Shown piece after piece: positions 45,092 through 55,147 of a DNA stretch of 64,000 nucleotides. The translations under genes were made by a program, and so were the position numbers. The notes under the pieces are model-generated. The model was not told the DNA's origin. It was given only the letters and a program-made list of their open reading frames with translations, and did no database searches. Position 1 is the stretch's first letter. The number at the start of each line of letters is the position of its first letter. The DNA lies in the IMG/VR virus record IMGVR_UViG_3300032315_001715, positions 248,001-312,000 of that record; one strand, 5' to 3'.

Positions 45092-45835
45092 TCAGCGAAC
45101 CTTGGCCGGGAAGATGTATCGATAGGTACCAACACCGGTGTTCAGCGTGATCTGGATGGCTCCTTTGGTTGAAAACGCCATTTCACAATCACAAGTATCG
45201 GCTGCCTTGAGAACTCCCAGGACCTGCTGGATCTTCCACTTGTGCTGGCTTTCAAACGTTTCAGCACGTTCGCTAGCAAACACAACACCTCCTCGCTGGG
45301 TGGCTGCATTGTCCTCGCCAATGAAGAACTTGAGATCGCCATCAACGATCTTCGGAATGAAATACTGTTCATACGCAGCGAGACCATTAGCAGCCCATGC
45401 AAACTGCTGAACATTAGCCTTGGTCGGTGTAACGACCACGTCCCACTTGGGTTCCAAGAACTTAGGCTGCTCAGGAACCAAGGTCTTGCTCATGAAACGA
45501 TAGTTGATGTAGCTTTTGCTTCGATTCTCATAGGCCAGCTCGGTTGGTATGCGTTCGGCATTCTTGGTTTCATATACCACGGTCATCACGCTTTCCTTGG
45601 CGGTAAATTCCGGGTCATTGCAAATGGTTTGCAACAGGCTGAGATTGCTCAGGCCAAACTCGCCCTCGAGATCCACCAATGGCTTACTGAATTTGCCCTT
45701 GAGGATAACTTCCTTTTCCTTTTCCATCGCCTCAACGGAAATCTCCTTTGCGGTTGCGGTAACCTTGATCTTTTCAAAAAATCCAGCCGTTGCAACGTAA
45801 GTGGTGAGATCCTTAAAGTAATCTTTTAACGCCAT
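45092..45835 (-). CDS. Probable sliding clamp / polymerase processivity factor
   Basis: About 247 aa, two-domain alpha/beta pattern, ends GAIQITLNTG..YRYIFPA; near polB. Confidence 0.55.
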   Translation of the reverse strand: MALKDYFKDLTTYVATAGFFEKIKVTATAKEISVEAMEKEKEVILKGKFSKPLVDLEGEFGLSNLSLLQTICNDPEFTAKESVMTVVYETKNAERIPTELAYENRSKSYINYRFMSKTLVPEQPKFLEPKWDVVVTPTKANVQQFAWAANGLAAYEQYFIPKIVDGDLKFFIGEDNAATQRGGVVFASERAETFESQHKWKIQQVLGVLKAADTCDCEMAFSTKGAIQITLNTGVGTYRYIFPAKVR

Positions 45836-46038
45836 TGTATATCTCCGATCTTCTTCTGTTGTTCTTCTTGCATCTTCAGTTTCATGTTCTCTTCTACGAG
45901 CTCGTCGCTCCATCCGCAGAGATACTTGAGTATGAAGCGTTTAGACAAATATGACGGTGCTCCGTTGAGCGCGTCAACCAGGATCTTGAGCTCCTCTGGA
46001 GTATATTTCGGAGGCCTGGATACATTTTTTGCGGTCAT
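45826..46038 (-). CDS. Small hypothetical protein
   Basis: YLSKRFIL.KYLCGWSDE..EEN motif. Confidence 0.55.
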   Translation of the reverse strand: MTAKNVSRPPKYTPEELKILVDALNGAPSYLSKRFILKYLCGWSDELVEENMKLKMQEEQQKKIGDIQWR

Positions 46039-46220
46039 TTGGGTTCCTTTCTTAGGTATATCAGGTTATTCTTTAATACCCTGTAGACTATGAGTTTTCC
46101 GATATCAGCATCACGGACAAGTACGTATGACAGATCTGGATGATCCGTCATCTTGGTATTAAGTAGCGTGCCGCTAAAGCCCTGATCTACACGATAAAAC
46201 ATTACAAGGTCGGTCATGTT
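46035..46220 (-). CDS. Small hypothetical protein
   Basis: GGAG RBS before MTDLVM. Confidence 0.45.
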   Translation of the reverse strand, partial: NMTDLVMFYRVDQGFSGTLLNTKMTDHPDLSYVLVRDADIGKLIVYRVLKNNLIYLRKEPK

Positions 46221-46227
46221 GACTCCA

Positions 46228-47241
46228 TTAAAAACTGAATAGATCACCAAAACTGTTGGCTTCTTTGTTTGAATCTAAATCCCAGCGCAGCACGCCGAGG
46301 AGGTTTTTTACCTTCTTGTCTATCAATGCGGCTTCCATGGCCTCATCATCAAATGGTAACTGCTTGAACCATTCTGGCAAGGTAAGCTCATCGACCGGAT
46401 ATGCCACCGAAGTTAACCCGCTGGGATTTGGCCGAAGCTTGCAAACGATAACCTTAAATCCATCTTGGATTGGCATGGAGTAATGATCATTATGGATTTT
46501 TTTGAGCCTGTTCCAATTAATGGATGCAAGAACATGCCCGGGTATCATGGATTTCTTGCCTGGGTCTCCGCCCTTCCAATCAACCTTTCCCTGTAAGTCC
46601 ATCACGTTTTGATAATGGGTTATCTTGTTAGCACGTTTCGGTGAACCTTTCAACCATCCAGGCCAGCTACGGAATTCCTTACGGAATGCCAGTATCTTCT
46701 CATGAATGTCACCTTCTGTCGATCCGGTCAATACTGCCGTTAATATATCACTGAGAAAGTCTTGCACGATCTTAGGAGTATCACTGCGCTTGAGATCCAA
46801 TCCCATGGCCTTGATCTCGCCAGGCTTGCCGTTGAGATCCTTGCGCTTGCCTTCCTTGTCATAAATCAGCACCGCATAACGCTTCTTGGTGATGAATAAT
46901 CCCTTGTATGCACACAATTCTCGAGCAGCACGGATGATGGCACCGTTTTCTTCTGGACAATTGAATGCTTGGTTCATAAACTCAGGAAAGCTGTCGTTGG
47001 TCATGTCGCCGATGTTATCATACAGCTTGCTGACATTTTCCTTGGTCCACTCAAAGTCCTTGAACTCTGGCTGATCCTTCATCACTGGATATGCGCTGAA
47101 ATACCCAGAATTATGGACTAGTAATCCGTTAGCAAAAAAATATGGATGATTCGTATCCATTCCTACATCATATACATATTCGTCTTCAAATTCTCCAAGA
47201 TCCTCAACAGATGATATCTCTGTTAGGTAATGTTCCACCAT
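46228..47241 (-). CDS. polB: Family B DNA polymerase, C-terminal part preceded by C-intein
   Basis: After HN: SGYFS, GLFITKKRYA, KAMGLDLKRSDTP; AAGAGG RBS inside the endonuclease 3' end. Confidence 0.9.
   Translation of the reverse strand: MVEHYLTEISSVEDLGEFEDEYVYDVGMDTNHPYFFANGLLVHNSGYFSAYPVMKDQPEFKDFEWTKENVSKLYDNIGDMTNDSFPEFMNQAFNCPEENGAIIRAARELCAYKGLFITKKRYAVLIYDKEGKRKDLNGKPGEIKAMGLDLKRSDTPKIVQDFLSDILTAVLTGSTEGDIHEKILAFRKEFRSWPGWLKGSPKRANKITHYQNVMDLQGKVDWKGGDPGKKSMIPGHVLASINWNRLKKIHNDHYSMPIQDGFKVIVCKLRPNPSGLTSVAYPVDELTLPEWFKQLPFDDEAMEAALIDKKVKNLLGVLRWDLDSNKEANSFGDLFSF
47110..47241 (-). mobile_element. C-intein (44 aa) of a naturally split intein
   Basis: MVEHYLTEISSVEDLGEFEDEYVYDVGMDTNHPYFFANGLLVHN|S: block F VYD, block G FFANGLLVHN, Ser+1. 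Confidence 0.92.
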
Positions 47242-48266
47242 TTTACAACCTCTTTTATTACAGTGTTTGCATCTTTTATAAAGTCAGTTTCCCAGATTAT
47301 TTTTAACGAAAACCCCCTGGTAGTCGCAGCTTTTATCTTAGCATAATCATATGCCCAAATATTGTTAGCTGTCATTTTGAGATGAGGATGATAAAATGAA
47401 GATTCATACATCAATGGGTTACAATGCCAATAATCGCCATTGAATTCGATAATTTTCATACGTTGGCTATCTGTTATATCATAAAAACATGGAGATTGTA
47501 ATACATCGCTCCATATACAAAACTGATTGGTCTTTACTGTATATTGAAGTGATGCACCGAGACTACTTTCTACATATTCAATAAATGCGAGTTCGGCTTT
47601 AGAAGTATATCCTCTATTGTTTCTTTTGGATAAAATCTCTAAAGCTGTTGGTTTATCTACTGAATATTTTGACATTATCCAATCTATGTTAGAAGATTTA
47701 CCTTTTTCTCGATTGTAGTCGATCCATTTTTGGTATCCATCTAGTCCATATTTCTTTTCAAAATAATCTAAACTATTAGTGTATCGTTGTTTCTCAACAT
47801 AATTTTCCCATATTTGCAAGCCAACCTGCTCTCCATGACGAGCTATACATTTTTCCTCAGTTACGGCACGAGACCGGTTGAATTCGTTAAATTCCTCAAC
47901 AGACCAACCGTATTTTTCTTTCTTGGTTTCATAAAGATTTTTGACTCTTTGTTTTTCTCGATAAGATTCCCATTTCTGTAGGCCAATTTCGTTGCCATAT
48001 CTAGCTAGATATGTTTCTTTTGTCCGTCTGGTACTGTTTTGTCGTAGAAACTCAAATCTCTTAACAAGGTCAGTTAAGTCGTATGATACGAGATGACAAA
48101 ATGTATTATAGTAGCCGTTAATCAACGACACTCCGTTTGATATCATATGATCATACAACAGATGTATTTTTTCTACCTCACATTGAGAATATGATCGTTG
48201 ATTTGTAGCCGCTCTAAACCTAGCCGAGTTTATTACATCGTTGATGTTATCAATTTTCTTTGGCAT
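47223..48266 (-). mobile_element. Free-standing Vsr-like (PD-(D/E)xK) homing endonuclease between the polB halves
   Basis: Repeated YG...G...W..Y.EKQR units; SKAE..F; FYDI....KIIEFNGDYWHCNP; D..K...A..RGF.LKIIWE; TAAATA at 48289-48294. Confidence 0.85.
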
Positions 48267-48319
48267 GTTGTGCGCTCCTATTATGAGTTATTTATTCACA
48301 ATAGAAGCTGTATTGTGAC

Positions 48320-48667
48320 TCACAACGAAATTATTTTATCACCGACCGAAAGTTCCGTTGGCTTCTTGCTAACAAGCCGACCATCGTCGGTGACTACCAT
48401 GATCGAATGGTCAGCAGTGACGATCACGCTTTTGCCATCTGAGGTATTAACTCGATATTTCTTTTTAGATACCTTATGACGATATACGTAATTATACGTG
48501 GTCCAATCGGTGGTTTTCGAGGAATGATCATATCCAATTAATTTGATTTGGTCATTAACAGAATACTCTTTGTCTCCGTCATTCCAGAATAAACTACCAT
48601 TCAGAAACAGATCTTCGATGGTTCTTTTTCCGACTGAGGTTTCGATGATTGACGCAGAATCAACCGA
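48320..48667 (-). mobile_element. N-intein (115 aa) of a naturally split intein
   Basis: YGDTD|SVDSASII (block A, Ser1), VTADHSIMV (block B TxxH), KPTELSVGDKIISL*. Confidence 0.92.
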
Positions 48668-50566
48668 GTCAGTGTCTCCATAGATGCAGGAAATACCAAC
48701 ATGGTTGTAATCACCGGTGATGATCTCGTTGATCTTACCCTGCATGTGCTTGACGATGCAACGTCCACTTAGCGTAACGCTTTGTGCAACTCTAGGATCA
48801 TACCATCGACTACCGGGATTACCGATAGCGCCGTAGAGGCTGTTCAGCAGGATCTTCTTGATCAGCTGTCGTTGGTCATAGAAATCCGTAAGCTTTTTAT
48901 ACTCCGCTCGCTTGTCTGGATCGGTCTCCTCGTCTGCCATCTTGGCGTATTTCTTCATTTCAGCCTGTAGCTGCTTTCTCTCAGCATACCATCTAGCCAA
49001 CAATCCGGGTATGATGCCCTTTTTATCAAGCGTAAACAGCGTGCCATTTGCTGATATGATCAGCCTCTTGCCGCTTTTAAATACCAAATCATACAGCTCA
49101 CTTGCCGAAACCGTGGATGTTGACCCGTCCTCAAAATCCACGGTTATTGGCGTGAGATCCTGGTTCATCACCTGGTTGTATTCCAATGTGCCAAACATAC
49201 CGCTCCATGCATCAGCAAAGCTTTTCTTTTCCTGCTTCATGCGCTTGTAGATCAGCTTATCGGTGTATTCTGGACGTATATGGCCGATCACTGTTTCAGG
49301 GCTCATGTTTAGGGCACGAATCGCCGACGGATACAGTGAGTTGATATCAACACCACCGATCCAGTCGTGCATGCCTTCCTTGGGATCGGCAACGTATGCG
49401 CCGGCCACACCGGTAATGCCAACGTCACTGTCGTCATTATCATCGTCGTCGCCACCGCCATACGTTTCTCGTTCAGACTCGTCTCTCTTGCGATTTGGTA
49501 CCACCATTCCTAGATCATGTGCTTCATTAACAATGGCCTGATCGATCAATGCTACGGCACCCATGGTAGTTCCTAACAACACACAATTTTCATGTGCGAG
49601 GTTGCTGCTGAGCTCAATGAATTTGTTTTTTCGGTCAATTTTAACCAGCAGCATGACATCCTGCCGATTGTATTCGATAAACTTTGCAAAATCATTGTTA
49701 TAAAGCTTATCTAAGCTACCTTCATAGTGTATTTTCTTATCACCGACCTCATATTCTCCCACGAAATCAAGCCGATAACTATGCATCTCGTGATAGGTGT
49801 TCTTGCGGTAAAGCTGTAGATAATCCATGTGTATCCGACCGACGAGATCATATGTAATGGTATCTCGCCCGTAGCTTTCGTACTCACGTCGCTTTGGAAG
49901 TTTGTTCCACAGGCACAGCTTGCGGGTTTCTTCCTTACCAAGCAGTTGAACGATTCGATTGTGTATGTAAGGGATATCAAAGCCCTCGGAGTTCCAGCCC
50001 GATAGGATGTCAGCATCCTCAATCAAGTTGAGGAATACTTCCAACATCTCCTTTTCTGTGGCACACAAAACCGTGTCGTCAAAGTTGCTAACGATTTCCT
50101 GGGCATCCTCAACGCTTAATCCTTTCGGCTTGAGCACCATGGTGAAGTTGCGATCAAACCAGTTCAAATACACGGAGATAGCCGTGATCGGTGCAAATGC
50201 ATCATCAGGGCTTGAGAAGCCGCGCTCCGGGTCAAAGTCAACCTCAATGTCGAAAAATGCAAGATGCAGATCGGGACTTGGTGCTCCCTTGTAGTTGTCA
50301 TACAAGCAGCGGAATATTGGATTGATGTCGCTCTCATGTAACTGGCTTTTTGCCAGCATGCTGGTTTCGCGCTGGAATTCCTTGAGCTTGTTGGTCTGGA
50401 ATTTATCGCAAAGCTGTCCATGTATATTGGGAATCTTCCCCCGTGGGCTGGGCCAATATGCTATGTATTTTGCCGGGTATTCACGAAACTGGCGATTCCC
50501 GTTCTTGTCCCGTTCGGCAACAAGTATCTGATTTTTTTCTCGTTCCAAGAACGCATCTACATACAT
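48320..50566 (-). CDS. polB: Family B DNA polymerase, N-terminal part (3'-5' exonuclease plus motifs A-C) fused to N-intein
   Basis: FFDIEV, GWNSEGFDIPY, YNRQD, DINSLYPS, KILLNSLYG, YGDTD. Confidence 0.95.
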   Translation of the reverse strand: MYVDAFLEREKNQILVAERDKNGNRQFREYPAKYIAYWPSPRGKIPNIHGQLCDKFQTNKLKEFQRETSMLAKSQLHESDINPIFRCLYDNYKGAPSPDLHLAFFDIEVDFDPERGFSSPDDAFAPITAISVYLNWFDRNFTMVLKPKGLSVEDAQEIVSNFDDTVLCATEKEMLEVFLNLIEDADILSGWNSEGFDIPYIHNRIVQLLGKEETRKLCLWNKLPKRREYESYGRDTITYDLVGRIHMDYLQLYRKNTYHEMHSYRLDFVGEYEVGDKKIHYEGSLDKLYNNDFAKFIEYNRQDVMLLVKIDRKNKFIELSSNLAHENCVLLGTTMGAVALIDQAIVNEAHDLGMVVPNRKRDESERETYGGGDDDDNDDSDVGITGVAGAYVADPKEGMHDWIGGVDINSLYPSAIRALNMSPETVIGHIRPEYTDKLIYKRMKQEKKSFADAWSGMFGTLEYNQVMNQDLTPITVDFEDGSTSTVSASELYDLVFKSGKRLIISANGTLFTLDKKGIIPGLLARWYAERKQLQAEMKKYAKMADEETDPDKRAEYKKLTDFYDQRQLIKKILLNSLYGAIGNPGSRWYDPRVAQSVTLSGRCIVKHMQGKINEIITGDYNHVGISCIYGDTDSVDSASIIETSVGKRTIEDLFLNGSLFWNDGDKEYSVNDQIKLIGYDHSSKTTDWTTYNYVYRHKVSKKKYRVNTSDGKSVIVTADHSIMVVTDDGRLVSKKPTELSVGDKIISL

Positions 50567-50641
50567 TGGATAACTCCTATAATGAGTTTAAAATACTTGT
50601 TTTGTTTGATATCATCAATAAGACCACTAAGGGTCTTCTGA

Positions 50642-51646
50642 TCAATGGTAATGGAGACCAGCTGCTATCGTTTCCTGATAGGTTCTGCTGCTGTACCATT
50701 TATATGAATCTAATATTATATCAGTATTGGTTCTTTTTGGTTTCCATCCAATTGAATCACCGATGGCAGAAATATCAGCAATGCTAATCGGAGGATCACC
50801 GGTGCGCCAATCACCATAAAAGTATGGTAGATTTTTTCCCAGCAGTGATTCCGATAGATCGACCATTTCCTGCACGCTAGTGCCAGCGCCGCTACCGAGA
50901 TTCATTGCATAGGCACCTGGATTGGAATCTAACCAATCTATGGATTGCTCAACGGCTTCGGCAAGATCCATGACATGGAGATAATCTCGAATTGCTGTGC
51001 CATCCTTTGTGTTGAAATCATTTCCAAAGATCTCAAGTTTCTTACCAAATGCTGCACTTTCCATCATTTTTGGTACCAAAAACGGTGCGTTCTGTAGGTG
51101 ACCTAGATCGTACAGATTGTGAGAACCGGAAACATTAAAAGTTCTAAAACTTATGCTGCTAATTCCATGCGCAATGTAACAATCGCGCAGTAGATATTCG
51201 ATGCTGAGCTTTGATCGGCTGTTTGATTTCAACGGTAAGAGCTGACAATTTTCATTTTTAGGAGAATCTAAATTAGCATATACATCGGCGGTGCTGAAGA
51301 ATATGAATTTATTGATACCAAATTCTGCTGCGTATTTTAACAGCTCAACCGATTTGATAACGTTGTTTTCCCAGATCGATATTGGATCAAGCAGGGATTT
51401 TGTCGGGCCTAACTCCTCCGCACAGTGTATGATGGTATCCGGTCGATAGCTGCTTATGGCCTGTAATACCACATTGCTGGTTAGATCTTCGTCGGCAAAC
51501 AAATCACAGTATTTTGTAATATGCGGTAACACCGCTGCTTTTTTGTCGATCAGCATCACGCTGTGATCGGTGGTGCTTTTTAGATGGGCAGCAATGTGGC
51601 TACCAATATAGCCACACCCTCCGGTTATGAAGATCCATTTGGTCAT
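50642..51646 (-). CDS. galE: UDP-glucose 4-epimerase-like extended SDR (catalytic Tyr replaced)
   Basis: ITGGCGYIGSH, FRTFNV.G, IFGNDF.T.DGT.IRDYLHV.DLA, NLGSG.G.SV; YxxxK reads NSRSK. Confidence 0.8.
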   Translation of the reverse strand: MTKWIFITGGCGYIGSHIAAHLKSTTDHSVMLIDKKAAVLPHITKYCDLFADEDLTSNVVLQAISSYRPDTIIHCAEELGPTKSLLDPISIWENNVIKSVELLKYAAEFGINKFIFFSTADVYANLDSPKNENCQLLPLKSNSRSKLSIEYLLRDCYIAHGISSISFRTFNVSGSHNLYDLGHLQNAPFLVPKMMESAAFGKKLEIFGNDFNTKDGTAIRDYLHVMDLAEAVEQSIDWLDSNPGAYAMNLGSGAGTSVQEMVDLSESLLGKNLPYFYGDWRTGDPPISIADISAIGDSIGWKPKRTNTDIILDSYKWYSSRTYQETIAAGLHYH

Positions 51647-51918
51647 AAGGTATTATACAACCCAACCGCGTTAAAAATCGTATAAGTTACCATTAAAAAC
51701 ATCGGCCACGCTGTTGCTCTCATCCATGCGCTGGTGGCTAAGAACACGCTGCCGATCATCCAAAAAATAAAGACCCAAGAAAGGTCGATCACGTTTGGCC
51801 AAAAGCTAACCAGGACCGAAGCACAGATGCTGCTTGCGGTCCCGATCAATTCAAAACAAAATAGTGTTTTATTACAGCGCCAATCGATGATCCATTGATC
51901 GATCAGGCGGTTAGCCAT
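51643..51918 (-). CDS. Small membrane protein
   Basis: Three hydrophobic segments. Confidence 0.65.
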   Translation of the reverse strand: MANRLIDQWIIDWRCNKTLFCFELIGTASSICASVLVSFWPNVIDLSWVFIFWMIGSVFLATSAWMRATAWPMFLMVTYTIFNAVGLYNTL

Positions 51919-51919
51919 G

Positions 51920-52192
51920 TTACGCGCGTCCTGCAGCCATCAGTACCTGCTCAACTTCGTCAAGCTCCTCTCGGCTTTCCGTTAGCTTGTCCTTGTTTTG
52001 GCTGTTCTTATAGGCGATCTGAAGGGCCTTGTTAAGCACGGTCTTCTTTAGTTCCATCTCTTCGGCAATGCCTTCAATGGTTTCCTTGAGACCTTCTCTC
52101 ATCGTGGAGATATCAGTAAGTGTCTGAACCCCGTCGTCTAGCAACATCTTTAGACGGGCTTTGTCAGCAGTGGAAAGTGAACCAATTGACAT
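51920..52192 (-). CDS. T4 DsbA-like dsDNA-binding protein
   Basis: LK....G...L..I...E..KE.I..I.EE.E.KK..LNK...AYK pattern. Confidence 0.6.
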   Translation of the reverse strand: MSIGSLSTADKARLKMLLDDGVQTLTDISTMREGLKETIEGIAEEMELKKTVLNKALQIAYKNSQNKDKLTESREELDEVEQVLMAAGRA

Positions 52193-52256
52193 TTAACATG
52201 CTCCTTTAAGCGTTTATGCAAAACTAGCATTGTTGCTCCAGTCGAGTGCTGTCAAA

Positions 52257-53234
52257 TTATGCGTTGCCGGCGAATCCGGAAACGTGTAGACCGTTATTGG
52301 ACGGTGTCCATGAAATCAAGTCAGTGCTGGTCCATTGGGTGTACTGGGTTAGATTGCTTTTGGCAAATGCCATCCATTGTCCGCCGCCATCGTTTTCAAT
52401 GTAACCGATGCGATCAAACACATAGCCGGGATATGACCACGAGTTGAGATATAAACTATCCTGGCTGCTGTAGATCCTATCAGTGCCTGCGATAACCAGT
52501 GACCCATTTTGATAATTGATATCGGTTATCGGACCGGTGCCGTCAATGGAAACCTGATTCCACTCGGAAGAGTTCAATGTAGCTGATTTAAATATTTTGC
52601 CAGAGCTTCCCCAATACCAGTAATCAATTGTACCGATGGTTACCAGACCGACGCTGAAAATACGACCAATACCAGCCGGAATTATCACTTGGGTCCAACT
52701 GTTACCGCTATCTAGGCTATACCATGCATTTGCGGATGAACCAACGGCACCGACCGTCACCCACACGTTTGACAACACGGTGTTGGATATCGGCGCCGAT
52801 TGAAACCACCTTACTTGATACAGCTGGCTATTAACCTCTGGATTGCTCCATGCCATTGACCACGCACCGTCCGCTGCGGTTGCTAGGTGGATCTGCGACA
52901 CTTCGCTCATGGCACCGTATGGACCATACGAAGACGTGTATATGCGCTGGCCGACGGCTAACCATCGACCATTTTTATGGGAAATATCCTGTATTCCAAA
53001 TCCGTCACTGACCTCATTGGCTGAATAATTCAGCATGTCATACGAGGTTGCAACATAACCTCGTCCATTTGACACCGCAACTATGGTGCCGTTAGTTGCG
53101 ATACCGGTCGGTGCATCACCAACCTCAAACGGCGAGGAGGGGGTATCCCAGATAACCCCGTCGTCGCTTTGGCTAACGGCTGGCCAACTTCTAAACGGTT
53201 GGTATAAAACTCCGGTGATGAGCGTTTTCTTCAT
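52257..53234 (-). CDS. Beta-propeller-like (BNR-type repeat) protein, probably virion-associated
   Basis: Repeated S.D...W motifs (YSLDSGNSW, TSTDLISW); TAAATA upstream. Confidence 0.55.
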   Translation of the reverse strand: MKKTLITGVLYQPFRSWPAVSQSDDGVIWDTPSSPFEVGDAPTGIATNGTIVAVSNGRGYVATSYDMLNYSANEVSDGFGIQDISHKNGRWLAVGQRIYTSSYGPYGAMSEVSQIHLATAADGAWSMAWSNPEVNSQLYQVRWFQSAPISNTVLSNVWVTVGAVGSSANAWYSLDSGNSWTQVIIPAGIGRIFSVGLVTIGTIDYWYWGSSGKIFKSATLNSSEWNQVSIDGTGPITDINYQNGSLVIAGTDRIYSSQDSLYLNSWSYPGYVFDRIGYIENDGGGQWMAFAKSNLTQYTQWTSTDLISWTPSNNGLHVSGFAGNA

Positions 53235-53257
53235 GATGTGATATTTACCGACGGTGC

Positions 53258-53746
53258 TCAGCTAGAACTCGTGCCAGCTAAGAGCTCCACATAATCGGTG
53301 CAATATCCATAAACGCTGATCGATCCGGCATTCTCTAACTGACCACACCATTCCGGCATCACGCATACTGACAGCGGTGTTAAAAGCTTGCCCGGATAGG
53401 TCCACAGATAGCCGGTGCTGGTTATAACAACATCATCGGTTTGATGATAAAATAAATGGCCTTCCCATTTTAGCTTTTTCAGTTGATACAACGCTTCGAT
53501 ATTTTTAGCATGAATCCATAAATGGTGTCTATCCAAGTAGTTGTTGCGATCAACCGATGCTAACCAATCAATGCTGATTTCATGTTGCTGGCCGTCGTGG
53601 CCTAAGTACCAATTTTGGTTTGAAAACCACAGATCTATCTCAACGTCGTAGCCAAGTGATCTAGCCAGTTGAATGGTTTCTGGATGATTTTCAATGCTGG
53701 GATCTGGACCGGTTATCAATCCACGATGTGCGATCAATATTGTCAT
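53258..53746 (-). CDS. Glycerophosphodiester phosphodiesterase-like protein (short)
   Basis: LIAHRG, EN..ETI..A..GYDVEIDLW, YLGHD, WIHAKN. Confidence 0.65.
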   Translation of the reverse strand: MTILIAHRGLITGPDPSIENHPETIQLARSLGYDVEIDLWFSNQNWYLGHDGQQHEISIDWLASVDRNNYLDRHHLWIHAKNIEALYQLKKLKWEGHLFYHQTDDVVITSTGYLWTYPGKLLTPLSVCVMPEWCGQLENAGSISVYGYCTDYVELLAGTSSS

Positions 53747-53796
53747 AGGGATTTCCTCCTTTGGAAAGATACCAAAGAATAGCTCCTATTAGGCAA

Positions 53797-54399
53797 TCAA
53801 ACAATAATTGCGTTTCCAATCTTACCTGCATGGCCGACCGGAAATGCCTTGAACGTGATGTGCGGGAATTCCTGTTTTAGTTCCAAGAATGCACGGAGAT
53901 TATCCAAATGGTCATCAAACAATCTTGCTTCGGTATAATCACTATTGATTAAAAGATCCCTGATTATGACCTGCTTGTTGGCAGCTGAGCTACCGTGGTT
54001 GAGATTACCAGCACGAAACACATGTACCTTGTCCATGTTAAGACCGTGTCTTCTAAAGGTATCAAGGAATAGATCCCTATCGTCTAGATCGCGCCTAGCT
54101 GTGACTATGACCATTCTTGATCCCGGATGCTTGCCGATGTTATCCAGGGTATTTTGGGCGGTTTTCCAAATGTTTTCTATTGGTATGCTGGTGGCATAAA
54201 ACAACCGAGCGTCATCGAATTGGCAGAAATCGAATTCCTCATCCGGTGCTAACTCATAGCTATTAAACTCAGATCCGGTCAGTTCGATGGGAGGTCCGTG
54301 TTTTTTACGAACTATAACCCTGGCTGTGGTTTTAAACAAGGTATCGTCGATATCCCATATGGTCAATGTTGATCCCTGGGACGGTAAATTTAGATCCAT
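53797..54399 (-). CDS. HAD-superfamily phosphatase
   Basis: WDIDDTLF, IVTAR, K, LFDDH..NL. Confidence 0.75.
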   Translation of the reverse strand: MDLNLPSQGSTLTIWDIDDTLFKTTARVIVRKKHGPPIELTGSEFNSYELAPDEEFDFCQFDDARLFYATSIPIENIWKTAQNTLDNIGKHPGSRMVIVTARRDLDDRDLFLDTFRRHGLNMDKVHVFRAGNLNHGSSAANKQVIIRDLLINSDYTEARLFDDHLDNLRAFLELKQEFPHITFKAFPVGHAGKIGNAIIV

Positions 54400-54436
54400 A
54401 CACTATTTAATAGTGTCTATGTCTTGGTATGCAACC

Positions 54437-54985
54437 CTAGATTTCGCGGGAATTTGGATCTTCTTCTCGAACCTGCTTGCGCCCCCGGCAGTGCAAGCTC
54501 TTGTACCAAACGGCCCTCTTTTTAATGTTGTTGTTAACGTCTGGGTCATTGATTATCTGGGCTGCTCGACCGCATCCAATTTCACCACCGTATTTCCGTG
54601 CAACATAGTTTGCCAAGGTTGCAGAGCTTTGTCCAGGATATACCTTTCGGCGTTTCTTACCCGGCTCGCCCATTCTAGTGCGAGCTTCGTCAACATCGTC
54701 ATCATCATCGGTGGTCAGCGGAGTTGTTGGACCATCAACTTCTGAGGATGGCCCGACTTCCATTTTTGATAGCTCGTCGTAATAGTCGATGCGTTCGCCG
54801 AGATGATCAAGCGCAATTTCCATTGCAATCATGACGTTGCTGGTGTGTTCTAGCTCGACTATTATCCCAACAAACGTTTTATCAAACATCTCATCCAACG
54901 AGAGTCCGTACCGGTATGCCAATCCTTCGGGAGACGGGGTCTTTTGATCGAGGCTCGGTTGATCAATGAATTCTGATAACTTCAT
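54437..54985 (-). CDS. Hypothetical protein (possible head/internal protein)
   Basis: MKLSEFID start; IVELEHT..A.EIALDHL.E..DYYD.L motif. Confidence 0.65.
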   Translation of the reverse strand: MKLSEFIDQPSLDQKTPSPEGLAYRYGLSLDEMFDKTFVGIIVELEHTSNVMIAMEIALDHLGERIDYYDELSKMEVGPSSEVDGPTTPLTTDDDDDVDEARTRMGEPGKKRRKVYPGQSSATLANYVARKYGGEIGCGRAAQIINDPDVNNNIKKRAVWYKSLHCRGRKQVREEDPNSREI

Positions 54986-55147
54986 TTTGTTCTCTCATCA
55001 GTTTAAAGGTCCCAACACCCATGCGTTGAATGTCAAAATTGGTTGGCCATTCGAGCATGTTTGCGGATCATGCTGATATTTATGATATTGGCACCAAAGG
55101 TTGTAGACGTTTATAATATGTGCTCGTGTATTTAAATTGGAGGACAA

